Source of the DNA: Lunatimonas sp.
GTDB lineage: Bacteria > Bacteroidota > Bacteroidia > Cytophagales > Cyclobacteriaceae
Assembly: GCA_035460985.1 (NCBI GenBank)
Contig: DATHWC010000062.1
Span: forward strand, 6,792-70,791
Direction: 5' to 3'
Length of the DNA stretch: 64,000 nt
Below, piece after piece: positions 21,807 to 32,719 of this stretch. The notes below the pieces were generated by a model. It was not told where the DNA came from and did no database searches. It saw nothing but the letters and a program-made list of their open reading frames with translations. Both the position numbers and the translations under genes were made by a program. Numbering within the stretch: the first letter of the stretch is position 1; every line of letters begins with the position of its first letter.

Positions 21807-22631
21807 TTATTTAGATCTTCTGCTAATGATAAGTTTATTGGAATATTTCTTTGGAGACCTGGTCTTCTTCCCTTTGGAAAGCAAACCATTCCTCGAACGA
21901 GGGTGACCTCCAGATGATCTTCCTTCACCACCACCCATAGGGTGATCAACAGGGTTCATCGCTACACCTCTTGTACGAGGCCTTCTGCCAAGCCACCTGT
22001 TTCTTCCCGCCTTACCAAGCACCACGTTCATGTGATCTCCGTTGGACACGGTACCTACAGTCGCTTTACAGGTTGCCAATACCATCCGCATTTCTCCGGA
22101 AGGAAGCTTAACTGTAACATACTTACCCTCACGCGCTACGATCTGCGCATATGTGCCCGCACTCCTTGCCATTGCTCCACCCTTACCAGGCTTCAACTCA
22201 ATGTTATGGATAATGGTACCCAATGGAATATTGTTAATTGCCATTGCGTTTCCAACCTCGGGAGCTACACTTTCCCCTGAAATTATTTGCTGACCAACAC
22301 TAAGGCCTTCAGGAGCAACGATATACGTTTTAGCACCATCTACATAATACAAAAGCGCAATCCTTGCAGAACGGTTAGGATCATATTCGATACTATGTAC
22401 CACTGCAGGAACTCCGTCTTTGTCTCTTTTAAAGTCAAGGACTCTCAATCTTTTTTTATGTCCACCACCGAGATATCGGTTGGTCATTTTTCCAGAATTG
22501 TTTCTACCGCCTGATTTCTTCAAGGGCGCCAGCAAACTCTTCTCCGGTGTTGACTTGGTAATCTCCGTAAATGCAGGAGCTACTCTGAATCTGGTACCGG
22601 GAGTTACGGGCTTTAGTTTTTTAACTGCCAT
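21807..22631 (-). CDS. rplB: 50S ribosomal protein L2
   Basis: [12 protein letters not shown] and [17 protein letters not shown] motifs. Confidence 0.99.
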   Translation of the reverse strand: MAVKKLKPVTPGTRFRVAPAFTEITKSTPEKSLLAPLKKSGGRNNSGKMTNRYLGGGHKKRLRVLDFKRDKDGVPAVVHSIEYDPNRSARIALLYYVDGAKTYIVAPEGLSVGQQIISGESVAPEVGNAMAINNIPLGTIIHNIELKPGKGGAMARSAGTYAQIVAREGKYVTVKLPSGEMRMVLATCKATVGTVSNGDHMNVVLGKAGRNRWLGRRPRTRGVAMNPVDHPMGGGEGRSSGGHPRSRNGLLSKGKKTRSPKKYSNKLIISRRSK

Positions 22632-22644
22632 GATTATGATTCAA

Positions 22645-22932
22645 TTAAATTTCTCCGTAAAAGTCTATAATCTCGCCTTCAGCCACCTGAATGATAGCCT
22701 TTTTGAAGGCGTTGGTGTATCCGGATACTATTTTTGCTTTGGTGTATCTGGTTTTCTTTTTGGCTGCGTAGCGCATCGTGCGCACCTCTACCACCTTCAC
22801 ACCGTACATATCTTCAACGGCTTTCTTGATCTGAGGCTTCTTGGCTGTCTTTTCTACAACAAACCCATACACCCCGCGGTCATTCATCGCTGAAATTTTC
22901 TCTGTAATCAAAGGCTTTTTTAATACGTTCAT
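22645..22932 (-). CDS. rplW: 50S ribosomal protein L23
   Basis: KPLITEK motif; lies between rplD and rplB. Confidence 0.97.
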   Translation of the reverse strand: MNVLKKPLITEKISAMNDRGVYGFVVEKTAKKPQIKKAVEDMYGVKVVEVRTMRYAAKKKTRYTKAKIVSGYTNAFKKAIIQVAEGEIIDFYGEI

Positions 22933-22936
22933 CTTC

Positions 22937-23566
22937 TTACTTTGATAAAAGGGTTTCTAACTTACTAACAGAGCCTTCACAAAGAACTAAGCTGTCTGCA
23001 TTCAAAAGCTCGTATGTGTTTACATCTTCTACGACCATCACTTTGGTTTTTGGCACGTTTCTGCTTGACAAAACTACATTTTTGTTTACATCTGGCATCA
23101 ACAGCAATGTCTTCTTGCCACTAAGAGAAAGACTCGCCATCAAGTCAATGTAGGATTTGGTCTTTGGGGCATCGAATGATAGGTCTTCCAGAATGAATAC
23201 ACTGTTATCGATTGCCTTATATGAAAACGCTGACTTTCTAGCCAACTGCTTCAACTTTTTGTTCAACTTAAACGAGTAGTCTCTTGGCCTAGGACCGAAT
23301 ACACGTCCACCTCCCCTGAATACAGGAGATTTGATAGAACCGGCTCTGGCTCCGCCAGTACCTTTTTGCTTTTTGATTTTCTTGGTAGATCCAGCTATTT
23401 CTGCTCTTTCCTTGGACTTGTGCGTTCCCTGACGTTGGTTGGCCAAGAACTGCTTCACATCCAAATAGATTGCGTGGTCATTCGGCTTGATGCCGAAAAT
23501 ATCGTCGGAAAGAGTTACTTTTCTGCCGGTATCCTCACCGTTATGTTTTAATATCGCTAATTCCAT
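22937..23566 (-). CDS. rplD: 50S ribosomal protein L4
   Basis: [21 protein letters not shown] and FGPRPR motifs. Confidence 0.99.
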   Translation of the reverse strand: MELAILKHNGEDTGRKVTLSDDIFGIKPNDHAIYLDVKQFLANQRQGTHKSKERAEIAGSTKKIKKQKGTGGARAGSIKSPVFRGGGRVFGPRPRDYSFKLNKKLKQLARKSAFSYKAIDNSVFILEDLSFDAPKTKSYIDLMASLSLSGKKTLLLMPDVNKNVVLSSRNVPKTKVMVVEDVNTYELLNADSLVLCEGSVSKLETLLSK

Positions 23567-23570
23567 CTTC

Positions 23571-24203
23571 TTACTTCTCTAGAATTACAAAAGAATTTTT
23601 CGGGCCAGGAACAGATCCACTGACAAGAATCAAATTCTTGTCGGTATAGATTTTGAGTACCCGCAGGTTTACCACTTTCACTCGATCTCCACCCATTCTT
23701 CCGGCCATTCGCATACCCTTGAAAACCCTTGAAGGCCATGAACAGGCACCGATAGAACCAGGGTGTCTTGCTCTGTTGTGCTGACCGTGAGTCTGCCCGC
23801 CAACACCGCCAAAACCATGACGCTTGACAACACCTTGAAATCCTTTACCCTTAGAGGTACCAATGGCATCGATGAAGTCTCCTTCAACAAATACCTGATC
23901 CGCAATTACTGTCTTTCCAAGATCAACCTGACCTTCGAACTCCACGCGGAAATCTCTGAATTCAACAACCTTCTGCTTTGGCGTAGTGCCAGCCTTTTTG
24001 AAATGGCCAACCAATGGTTTGGGCGTATTTTTTTCTTTACGCTCACCATATGCCAATTGAACAGCGTTGTACCCGTCTGATTCAACATTTTTTACTTGCG
24101 TAACTACGCAAGGACCAGCTTCTAATAACGTGCATGCGACATTACGTCCATCGGCACTAAAAATACTAGTCATTCCAACTTTTCTTCCTATTATTCCAGA
24201 CAT
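23571..24203 (-). CDS. rplC: 50S ribosomal protein L3
   Basis: [21 protein letters not shown] and GMRMAGRMG motifs. Confidence 0.99.
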   Translation of the reverse strand: MSGIIGRKVGMTSIFSADGRNVACTLLEAGPCVVTQVKNVESDGYNAVQLAYGERKEKNTPKPLVGHFKKAGTTPKQKVVEFRDFRVEFEGQVDLGKTVIADQVFVEGDFIDAIGTSKGKGFQGVVKRHGFGGVGGQTHGQHNRARHPGSIGACSWPSRVFKGMRMAGRMGGDRVKVVNLRVLKIYTDKNLILVSGSVPGPKNSFVILEK

Positions 24204-24267
24204 CTTCTGTAGTATAATAAACCATGAAACACAGGCATCTACACACCTGTGCTTTTTTAAAGGACTG

Positions 24268-24298
24268 CAAAGTTAGCAATTTATACTCACCTTACAAA
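24268..24298 (-). promoter_or_regulatory. Sigma-A promoter for the rplC operon
   Basis: TTTG (24298-24295), a 19-nt spacer and TAACTTTG (24275-24268): full match to the Bacteroidota TTTG-N19-21-TAnnTTTG consensus. Confidence 0.75.
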
Positions 24299-24466
24299 TC
24301 CCAACTTTAATATTTTCAATTATTTAGGTAATTAATTTAGCCTTTAGGAACCTTTTTCAGGCAATATCACCTCTTTGCTTTTTAATCACCATACATATCC
24401 CCGCTATGCGGAAACAACCCGACTGAAATCTATCTGAAATCAGTTTGTGTGGGAAGTCCAATTCAC

Positions 24467-24496
24467 AAAAAAACCTGCGCGATGACGCGCAGGTTT
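24467..24496 (-). terminator. Intrinsic terminator after rpsJ
   Basis: Minus strand AAACCTGCGCG-TCAT-CGCGCAGGTTT followed by further Ts. Confidence 0.9.
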
Positions 24497-24517
24497 CATT
24501 AGAATATTGGCAGAAGG

Positions 24518-24823
24518 TCAGACCTTAATTTCAACATCAACTCCACTTGGAAGCTCAATTTTCATCAATGCATCTACCGTCTTTGAACTGTTTGAATAGA
24601 TGTCCACCAACCGCTTGTAGGTGCAAAGCTGAAACTGCTCACGGGATTTCTTATTGACGTGCGGAGACCTCAACACCGTGAACTTTTCCTTTTTGGTAGG
24701 AAGTGGGATGGGACCTACGACAACAGCGCCTGTAGATTTTACAGCTTTCACGATTTTCTCTGATGACTTATCCACCAGGCTATGATCGTATGATTTTAGT
24801 TTTATTCTTATCTTCTGATTCAT
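24518..24823 (-). CDS. rpsJ: 30S ribosomal protein S10
   Basis: [14 protein letters not shown]...GPIPLPT; start corrected from the track value 24865. Confidence 0.99.
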   Translation of the reverse strand: MNQKIRIKLKSYDHSLVDKSSEKIVKAVKSTGAVVVGPIPLPTKKEKFTVLRSPHVNKKSREQFQLCTYKRLVDIYSNSSKTVDALMKIELPSGVDVEIKV

Positions 24824-24836
24824 TTTCTGTAAATAT

Positions 24837-26954
24837 TTAGGCCTTTTCTCCTTTAACCTTGGCAATTACTCCCTCAGCAATGTTGTTTGGCACAGGCTCA
24901 TAGTGATCAAAGGTCAGCGAGGCAGTTGCCCTACCTGACGAAATCGTTCTAAGATCCGTTACATACCCGAAAAGCTCGGATAAAGGAACGTTTGCCTTGA
25001 TTACCGTGGATGTTCCTCTGGTATCCATACCCTTCATCAAACCCCTTCTTCTATTCAAGTCGCCTGTGATAGGACCTGTATATTCTTCAGGTGTGAGAAC
25101 TTCAACCGCCATGATTGGCTCCAACAATTGCGGCTTGCATTTTCTGGCTGCTTCTTTGAAACCAATCCGTGCGGCAAGTTCAAAAGAAAGTGCATCGGAA
25201 TCGACATCGTGAAAAGAACCGTGAAATAATCTTACTTTCATCGACTCGATAGGATATCCAGCCAAAGGTCCGTTTTTCATGGACTCATTAAATCCTTTTT
25301 GGATAGAAGGGATAAATTCCTTAGGAATAATACCACCGACGATACCATTAACAAATTCCAATCCCGGCTTGATTTCGTTAGTTTCAGGATCTGCAGGTTT
25401 TGGTCCTAATTCAAATGATATGTCCGCAAATTTACCTTTACCACCAGTTTGTTTCTTATAAACCTCCTTATGTTCCGTAGACGCAAAAAGCGCTTCCTTG
25501 TAAGCAACCTGGGGTGCACCTTGATTGATCTCTACCTTAAATTCTCTTCTGAGTCGGTCGATAATGATCTCCAAGTGTAATTCACCCATCCCTCTAAGGA
25601 TAGTCTGACCTGTTTCGTGGTCGGTATTAACCTGAAGCGTAGGATCTTCTTCCACCAATTTGGAAATTGCCATTCCCAGCTTGTCGACATCCGCTTGCTT
25701 CTTAGGCTCAATTGCGTATCCGATAACTGGCTCAGGGAAGACCATGGATTCCAACACAACTTTACGCTTTTCATCGCAAAGGGTGTCACCTGTCTTAATA
25801 TCTTTAAACCCAACTACCGCCCCAATATCACCAGCCCGCAGGCTATCGATTTGATTCTGTTTGTTGGCATGCATCTGAAATACCCGGGAGATTCTTTCCT
25901 TGTTTCCAGACCGTGTGTTGTGAATGTATGAACCTGATTCCAAAACGCCTGAATACGCCCTGACGAAGCATAACCTTCCCACAAATGGATCGGTCGCAAT
26001 TTTAAATGCTAGACCAACAAAGGGCTCACTTTCATTTGGTCGAATAACGACTTCTTCTTCTGAATCAACTCCGTGCGCAGTAATATCGTCCTTGTCCATG
26101 GGAGATGGCAACAGTTCCATCACCAAGTCAAGCATCGTCTGCACGCCTTTGTTCTTGAAAGATGACCCACAAACCATAGGAACGATTTTAAGATCGATGG
26201 TAGCTTGTCGCAAAGCAGCTAGTATCTCCGATTCTGTAATGGAATCCGGATCTTCGAAAAACTTCTCCATCAAGGACTCATCGTAATCAGCGACGGCCTC
26301 CAACAGATGCTCCCTGTATTCCGCAACTTCCTCCACCATGTCCTCAGGAATCGGTATTTCCTGGAAGGTCATTCCAAAATCGTCCTCATTCCAAATGATT
26401 GCCCGGTTGTTGATCAAGTCAACAACTCCTCTAAATTTATCTTCAGCACCAATAGGAAGCTGCAATGGAACAGCATGACTGCCCAACATTTCCTTTACTT
26501 GCTTACATACCCCTAAAAAATCGGCTCCTGAACGGTCCATTTTGTTGACAAAACCTATGCGGGCTACCTTATAATTATCAGCAAGTCTCCAGTTAGTCTC
26601 CGACTGAGGCTCCACACCGTCAACCGCACTAAAAAGAAAAACCAATCCATCAAGTACACGAAGTGACCGGTTAACTTCCACTGTAAAATCCACGTGGCCT
26701 GGGGTATCAATGATGTTGATCTGATATTTGTTATCTCTGTAATTCCAAAAAACAGTAGTTGCAGCGGAAGTAATGGTAATACCCCTCTCCTGCTCCTGCT
26801 CCATCCAGTCCATAGTCGCAGCCCCGTCATGAACTTCTCCGATTTTATGGCTTACCCCTGAATAAAAAAGGATCCTTTCCGTCGTTGTTGTCTTTCCGGC
26901 ATCAATATGCGCTGCAATACCAATGTTTCTGGTAAATTTTAAGTCTCTTGCCAT
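24837..26954 (-). CDS. fusA: Elongation factor G
   Basis: [28 protein letters not shown] and GMGELHL motifs. Confidence 0.99.
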   Translation of the reverse strand: MARDLKFTRNIGIAAHIDAGKTTTTERILFYSGVSHKIGEVHDGAATMDWMEQEQERGITITSAATTVFWNYRDNKYQINIIDTPGHVDFTVEVNRSLRVLDGLVFLFSAVDGVEPQSETNWRLADNYKVARIGFVNKMDRSGADFLGVCKQVKEMLGSHAVPLQLPIGAEDKFRGVVDLINNRAIIWNEDDFGMTFQEIPIPEDMVEEVAEYREHLLEAVADYDESLMEKFFEDPDSITESEILAALRQATIDLKIVPMVCGSSFKNKGVQTMLDLVMELLPSPMDKDDITAHGVDSEEEVVIRPNESEPFVGLAFKIATDPFVGRLCFVRAYSGVLESGSYIHNTRSGNKERISRVFQMHANKQNQIDSLRAGDIGAVVGFKDIKTGDTLCDEKRKVVLESMVFPEPVIGYAIEPKKQADVDKLGMAISKLVEEDPTLQVNTDHETGQTILRGMGELHLEIIIDRLRREFKVEINQGAPQVAYKEALFASTEHKEVYKKQTGGKGKFADISFELGPKPADPETNEIKPGLEFVNGIVGGIIPKEFIPSIQKGFNESMKNGPLAGYPIESMKVRLFHGSFHDVDSDALSFELAARIGFKEAARKCKPQLLEPIMAVEVLTPEEYTGPITGDLNRRRGLMKGMDTRGTSTVIKANVPLSELFGYVTDLRTISSGRATASLTFDHYEPVPNNIAEGVIAKVKGEKA

Positions 26955-26960
26955 TATCTA

Positions 26961-27428
26961 TTAAAATCTAAAATGAGAGAATGCTTTATTGGCTTCTGCC
27001 ATTCTATGGGTGTCGTCTTTTTTCTTAACCGCTGCACCTTCGCCTTTGGCTCCTGCAATGATTTCTCCTGCAAGTCTATCCATCATGGTTTTCTCTCCCC
27101 TCTTTCTGGCAAACGTAATCATCCACTTGATACCCAAGGACACTTTTCTTTCCGGTCTAACTTCCATTGGTACCTGGAAAGTGGCTCCACCAACTCTACG
27201 ACTCTTTACTTCTACAGCTGGAGTGATATTGTTAAGTGCTTTTTTCCAAACCTCAAGACCATTCTCACCTACTTTATCCTCTACTTTTGCTACCGCATCG
27301 TAGAAAATTCTGTAAGCAATACTTTTCTTCCCATCTACCATCAGGCAGTTTACAAACCTGGTTACCAACGTATCATTGAACTTTGGATCAGGAAGAATAT
27401 ACCTCTTTTTAGGTTTTGCTTTTCTCAT
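26961..27428 (-). CDS. rpsG: 30S ribosomal protein S7
   Basis: [16 protein letters not shown] and [15 protein letters not shown] motifs. Confidence 0.99.
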   Translation of the reverse strand: MRKAKPKKRYILPDPKFNDTLVTRFVNCLMVDGKKSIAYRIFYDAVAKVEDKVGENGLEVWKKALNNITPAVEVKSRRVGGATFQVPMEVRPERKVSLGIKWMITFARKRGEKTMMDRLAGEIIAGAKGEGAAVKKKDDTHRMAEANKAFSHFRF

Positions 27429-27450
27429 GTTAACTATACTTTATAAAATA

Positions 27451-27861
27451 TTATTTCTTCTTTGCCGGTGCAGCTGCTGCTCCTTTGCCTGCCTTAGGAC
27501 GCTTTGCGCCATATTTAGACCTGCCTTGTTTTCTGTCTTTTACCCCTGCGGTATCCAACGCGCCACGGATGATGTGGTATCTTACACCCGGAAGATCTTT
27601 GACCCTTCCTCCTCTGATAAGCACAATAGAGTGCTCTTGAAGATTGTGTCCTTCACCTGGAATGTAGGCATTGACCTCTTTTCCGTTGGTTAACCATACT
27701 CGAGCCACTTTCCTCATCGCTGAGTAAGGCTTCTTAGGGGTAGTTGTGTACACTCTGGTACACACCCCTCTGCGCTGCGGACAGGCATCCAAAGCCCGTG
27801 ATTTGGACTTTGTCTCGAGGGTATTTCTACCTTTTCTTACTAACTGTTGTATAGTAGGCAT
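27451..27861 (-). CDS. rpsL: 30S ribosomal protein S12 (two unusual substitutions)
   Basis: [17 protein letters not shown] and [12 protein letters not shown] motifs; PYSA replaces the usual PNSA and VWL replaces VRL. Confidence 0.99.
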   Translation of the reverse strand: MPTIQQLVRKGRNTLETKSKSRALDACPQRRGVCTRVYTTTPKKPYSAMRKVARVWLTNGKEVNAYIPGEGHNLQEHSIVLIRGGRVKDLPGVRYHIIRGALDTAGVKDRKQGRSKYGAKRPKAGKGAAAAPAKKK

Positions 27862-27909
27862 TAATAGATAAAATTAATTTTCAGCTTTAAACTTTTATTT
27901 TTTGGACTG

Positions 27910-27940
27910 CAAAGGTAAACAAATCAATAAAACAAACAAA
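27910..27940 (-). promoter_or_regulatory. Sigma-A promoter for the str operon
   Basis: TTTG (27940-27937), a 19-nt spacer and TACCTTTG (27917-27910). Confidence 0.75.
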
Positions 27941-27960
27941 ATTAAGGAGTTATATTTTCG

Positions 27961-28287
27961 TTAGGCCTCTCCCAAAGTGCCTCCGAAATTCAGCGGAAAT
28001 TGGGGTGTGCCCTGACCGTGTTCAATTTTCCCGAAACTTTGTTCGTATTTCTCAATATTATCCTTCAAGGCGGCCAACAACCTTTTGGCATGATCCGGGG
28101 TAATGATGATCCTGGCCTTAACTTTCGCCTTTGGCACACCAGGCATAAGACGTATAAAATCAACCACGAATTCCGACTGGGAATGGGCTATCATTGCTAG
28201 GTTGGAGTAAACCCCCTCAGCTACATCATCGGATAATTCCACGTTTATTTGTTGCCCTTTAATCTTTTCTTTATTGTCCTCTTCCAT
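27961..28287 (-). CDS. DUF3467-like conserved protein
   Basis: GVYSNLAMIAHSQSEFVVDF and PDHAKRLLAAL motifs; this is the usual position after rpoC in Bacteroidota. Confidence 0.85.
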   Translation of the reverse strand: MEEDNKEKIKGQQINVELSDDVAEGVYSNLAMIAHSQSEFVVDFIRLMPGVPKAKVKARIIITPDHAKRLLAALKDNIEKYEQSFGKIEHGQGTPQFPLNFGGTLGEA

Positions 28288-28305
28288 GATTTCTCACGCT
28301 TTATA

Positions 28306-28336
28306 AAAAAGGGTCTGCACACTACAGACCCTTTTT
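28306..28336 (-). terminator. Terminator-like hairpin after rpoC
   Basis: AAAAAGGGTCTG-7 nt-CAGACCCTTTTT; symmetric A/T tracts. Confidence 0.8.
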
Positions 28337-28355
28337 ATTTAACAAATCGAATAAA

Positions 28356-31300
28356 TTATTTTACTGTTTCTTTTGTCTTTCTTGAAGATTTTTCCTTTTC
28401 CGCTCCGGTAAGACGTTCGTATTCTTCCTTAGAGCCGATGATCATGTTTTTAAATCTACGCTGACCGGTACCTGCTGGTATCAAGTGGCCCACGATAACG
28501 TTTTCCTTCAATCCCAACAATTCGTCACGCTTACCCCGGATGGCTGCTTCACTCAAGACCTTGGTTGTCTCCTGAAAGGAAGCCGCGGAAATAAAGCTTT
28601 CGGTACCCAATGAAGACGCGGTAATTCCCTGCAAAGTCGGCTGGGAAACAGCTGCTTGCGCATCCCTTACCTGTACGATCTTCAGGTCTTTCCGCTTAAG
28701 GCTGGAGTTCTCATCTCTTAACCTACGTGAGGAAATGATCATTCCTGGCTTCAACGTAGAGGAATCTCCCGCTTCCATCACAACCTTTTTGTCAAGAATA
28801 ATGTCGTTTTCCTCACGGAAAGCCCACTTATTGACGATCTGGTTTTGAAGGAATCCGGTATCACCTGCATCCAAAATTTCGACTTTTTGCATCATCTGAC
28901 TCACAATCACTTCGATATGCTTATCATTGATTTTCACACCCTGAAGTCTGTAAACTTCCTGGATTTCATTTACAAGGTATTCCTGGACCGCTGTAGGCCC
29001 TTTGATAGATAAGATGTCATTTGGAGTAATCGCTCCATCTGACAACGGCTCGCCGGCACGGATAAAGTCATTTTCCTGTACTAGGATATGCTTGGAAAGA
29101 GACACCATGTATCGCTTCTTCACACCATCCTTGGACTCGATAAATATCTCCCGGTTACCCCGCTTGATACCACCATAACTTACCACCCCGTCGATCTCAG
29201 AGACAACAGCCGGGTTGGATGGGTTTCTGGCCTCAAACAATTCCGTTACCCGTGGCAAACCACCGGTAATATCCCTTGTCTTACCTACAGATCGAGGAAT
29301 CTTAACCAAGATCTGGCCTGACTTCACCTTATCACCTTCTTCTACAGAAAGGTGAGCACCTACTGGTATGTTATAAGACTTGGATTCATCTCCGTAATTG
29401 ATCATCACGGCTGGGTTCTTAGTCTTATCCTTAGTTTCTATAATTACCTTCTCTCTGTATCCAGTCTGATCATCCGCTACTTCCTTGTAAGTAATGCCTT
29501 CAAGGATGGAATCGAATTCAACAACACCGTCAAATTCCGAAAGGATTACGGCATTATATGGATCCCAAGTACACAAGGAATCTCCTTTACCTATTTTCTG
29601 ACCGTCCTTGACGTTCAACACGGCGCCATAAGGCACGTGATTGGAAACAAGGACTTTACCTGACTTGATATCGTTGATCTTTATTTCTCCGGATCTTCCC
29701 ATCACGATGGAAACGTCTTCTCCGTCTTTATTGGTCGTGTTGATCCAACGTAATTCCTCTTCAAACTCCACAATACCTTCAAACTTGGCATTGATACTCG
29801 CCTCTACAGAAATGTTGGATGCCGTACCACCTACGTGGAAAGTACGTAAAGTCAACTGAGTACCAGGTTCACCGATAGACTGTGCCGCAATGACACCCAC
29901 AGACTCCCCTACTTGGACAATATTGCCCGTGGAAAGGTTTCTACCATAACATTTGGCACAAACTCCCCTTCTAGTTTCGCAGGTAAGCACGGACCTGATC
30001 TCAATCTCCTCAACTGCGGACTCATCAATTCGCTTAGCCACATCATCAGAAATCTCTTCACCGGAAACGATGATAATTTCATCTGATATGGGATCAACTA
30101 CATCATGAACGGCAATCCTTCCGAGAACTCGCTCAGATAATGGCTCAACGATTTCATCATTATCCTTCAAGGCTTGAACTACGAGACCTCGCAAGGTTCC
30201 GCAATCCTCCTCTGAAATGATCATATCCTGGGCGACATCCACCAATCTTCGAGTCAAATAACCCGCATCAGCAGTTTTTAGGGCTGTATCTGCCAATCCT
30301 TTTCTTGCACCGTGGGTGGAGATAAAGTATTCCAACACATCCAATCCTTCTTTAAAGTTAGATAGAATCGGGTTTTCGATAATCTCACCTACAGAACCCT
30401 GAAGGTTTTTCTGCGGCTTGGCCATCAATCCCCTCATACCACCCAACTGTCTGATTTGCTCTCTAGAACCCCTGGCTCCAGAGTGCATCATCATGTAGAT
30501 GGCGTTGAATCCCTGATTATCTTCCTCCATCTGTTTCATCAAGATGTTGGTCAGGTTGGAGTTGGTACGTGTCCAGATGTCAATGACTTGGTTGTACCGT
30601 TCGTTATCTGTGATCAATCCCATCAGATAGTTGTTCCAAACCTGGTCTACTTCGGCTTTAGCCTTGTCGATCAGCGGTTCTTTTTCCAATGGAATAATTA
30701 CATCATCCAGTCCCATGGAAAGACCTCCTTTGTAGGCCATTTGGAATCCTAGATGCTTGATATCATCCAAGAATTGGGCTGAACGGGCGATACCACATAT
30801 TTTTACAACTTCAGCAATAATCTGCTGCAGCTTCTTTTTAGTCAATAATTCGTTGACAAATCCTACCTCATGCGGTACAAACTGGTTGAAAATCAATCTG
30901 CCAGCTACCGTTTCAATAATTTTATCGGAAAGTTCGCCGTTTTCATCCCTAACACTCACCTTGCAATTAATGAAGGCATGTTGGGAGATAGTCTCCTCGT
31001 TAAGGGCGATGATAACTTCTTCCTCGCCATAAAATGTCATGCCTTCTCCCGCCACTACCTCATCATTGGTAGATCTCTTTCCTTTGGTCACGTAGTACAA
31101 GCCTAACACCATGTCTTGAGAAGGTACCGTGATTGGCGCCCCGTTGGCAGGGTTTAGGATGTTGTGTGAGGAAAGCATCAGTGTACCTGCTTCAAGGATA
31201 GCTTCATGACCCAAAGGCACGTGGACTGCCATCTGGTCACCGTCAAAGTCAGCGTTGAACGCAGTACATACCAACGGATGCAGCTGAATCGCTTTACCTT

Positions 31301-32669
31301 CAATTAGTTTAGGCTGAAAGGCTTGGATACCCAACCTGTGAAGCGTTGGAGCTCGGTTAAGTAATACAGGGTGTCCCTTAAGTACATTTTCCAAGATATC
31401 CCATACCACCGGATCCTTTCTGTCTACTATCTTTTTGGCTGATTTTACAGTCTTGACGATTCCTCTTTCTATCAACTTTCGGATGATGAAAGGTTTGAAG
31501 AGCTCGGCAGCCATATTTTTGGGTAGTCCGCATTCGTGGAGCTTTAATTCCGGCCCTACTACTATCACTGAACGTCCTGAATAATCGACTCGCTTACCCA
31601 ACAAGTTTTGACGGAAACGTCCCTGCTTACCTTTCAACATATCCGATAAGGATTTCAATGCCCTATTTCCATCGGAACGTACGGCATTTACCTTTCTGGA
31701 ATTGTCAAAAAGAGAATCAACAGCTTCCTGCAACATCCGCTTTTCATTTCGGAGGATTACTTCAGGAGCCTTGATATCTATTAGTCTCTTCAAACGGTTA
31801 TTTCGGATGATAACCCTTCTGTAAAGGTCATTCAAATCGGAAGTTGCAAAACGACCTCCGTCCAAAGGTACCAATGGTCTTAATTCCGGTGGAATGACCG
31901 GCACCATACGAACGACCATCCATTCAGGACGGTTTTCTATACGGGTACGGGCGTCACGGAATGCTTCCACTACTTTCAACCGTTTTAAAGCTTCCGCTTT
32001 ACGTTGTTGTGAAGTATCGGTAGCTGCCTGGTGTCTTAAGCTATAAGAAAGATCATCCAAATCAAGCCTTGCAAGCAGCATTTCAAGTGCCTCGGCACCC
32101 ATCTTTGCGATAAACTTGGTGGGGTCGTTATCATCAAGCATTTGGTTCTCTTTGGGCAACTTGTCCATGATATCCAAATACTCATCCTCTGTCAAAAAGT
32201 CCAGGTACTGTAACCCGTCTTCCCCTTTGACTCCAGCTTGCACGACTACATATCGCTCATAATAAACGATCTGATCCAGTTTTTTGGTAGGCAACCCAAG
32301 AAGGTACCCTATTTTGTTAGGAAGAGATTTGAAGTACCAAATATGCGCCACGGGAACGACCAGTTCAATATGGCCCATTCGCTCTCTACGCACTTTCTTT
32401 TCGGTAACTTCTACCCCACATCGGTCACAAATGATTCCTTTATACCTAATGCGCTTATATTTACCACAATGACATTCCCAGTCCTTCACCGGACCGAAAA
32501 TCCGCTCACAGAACAAACCGCCCATTTCAGGCTTATACGTTCTGTAATTGATTGTTTCCGGCTGCGTCACTTCACCATGAGAACTGTCCAAAATGGACTC
32601 TGGAGAAGCTAAACTAATGGTGACTCGAGAAAAGTCGTTGTTTAGTTTTTTATTTTTTCTGAACGCCAT
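28356..32669 (-). CDS. rpoC: RNA polymerase beta' subunit
   Basis: NADFDGD catalytic motif and CERIFGP...CHCGKY Zn finger; start corrected to MAFRKNKK (32669). Confidence 0.99.
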   Translation of the reverse strand: MAFRKNKKLNNDFSRVTISLASPESILDSSHGEVTQPETINYRTYKPEMGGLFCERIFGPVKDWECHCGKYKRIRYKGIICDRCGVEVTEKKVRRERMGHIELVVPVAHIWYFKSLPNKIGYLLGLPTKKLDQIVYYERYVVVQAGVKGEDGLQYLDFLTEDEYLDIMDKLPKENQMLDDNDPTKFIAKMGAEALEMLLARLDLDDLSYSLRHQAATDTSQQRKAEALKRLKVVEAFRDARTRIENRPEWMVVRMVPVIPPELRPLVPLDGGRFATSDLNDLYRRVIIRNNRLKRLIDIKAPEVILRNEKRMLQEAVDSLFDNSRKVNAVRSDGNRALKSLSDMLKGKQGRFRQNLLGKRVDYSGRSVIVVGPELKLHECGLPKNMAAELFKPFIIRKLIERGIVKTVKSAKKIVDRKDPVVWDILENVLKGHPVLLNRAPTLHRLGIQAFQPKLIEGKAIQLHPLVCTAFNADFDGDQMAVHVPLGHEAILEAGTLMLSSHNILNPANGAPITVPSQDMVLGLYYVTKGKRSTNDEVVAGEGMTFYGEEEVIIALNEETISQHAFINCKVSVRDENGELSDKIIETVAGRLIFNQFVPHEVGFVNELLTKKKLQQIIAEVVKICGIARSAQFLDDIKHLGFQMAYKGGLSMGLDDVIIPLEKEPLIDKAKAEVDQVWNNYLMGLITDNERYNQVIDIWTRTNSNLTNILMKQMEEDNQGFNAIYMMMHSGARGSREQIRQLGGMRGLMAKPQKNLQGSVGEIIENPILSNFKEGLDVLEYFISTHGARKGLADTALKTADAGYLTRRLVDVAQDMIISEEDCGTLRGLVVQALKDNDEIVEPLSERVLGRIAVHDVVDPISDEIIIVSGEEISDDVAKRIDESAVEEIEIRSVLTCETRRGVCAKCYGRNLSTGNIVQVGESVGVIAAQSIGEPGTQLTLRTFHVGGTASNISVEASINAKFEGIVEFEEELRWINTTNKDGEDVSIVMGRSGEIKINDIKSGKVLVSNHVPYGAVLNVKDGQKIGKGDSLCTWDPYNAVILSEFDGVVEFDSILEGITYKEVADDQTGYREKVIIETKDKTKNPAVMINYGDESKSYNIPVGAHLSVEEGDKVKSGQILVKIPRSVGKTRDITGGLPRVTELFEARNPSNPAVVSEIDGVVSYGGIKRGNREIFIESKDGVKKRYMVSLSKHILVQENDFIRAGEPLSDGAITPNDILSIKGPTAVQEYLVNEIQEVYRLQGVKINDKHIEVIVSQMMQKVEILDAGDTGFLQNQIVNKWAFREENDIILDKKVVMEAGDSSTLKPGMIISSRRLRDENSSLKRKDLKIVQVRDAQAAVSQPTLQGITASSLGTESFISAASFQETTKVLSEAAIRGKRDELLGLKENVIVGHLIPAGTGQRRFKNMIIGSKEEYERLTGAEKEKSSRKTKETVK

Positions 32670-32719
32670 AGTAATTTTTGTGAGTAGTTTGAGGGCCTTT
32701 CGGCCCAATATTTTCTTAT

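Noticed and set aside
24824-24865. N-terminal extensions in the ORF track for rpsJ (also rpoC to 32708, nusG to 39452, susD from 53638)
   Set aside because: They overlap or abut upstream genes, and the conserved N-termini begin at the downstream ATGs.
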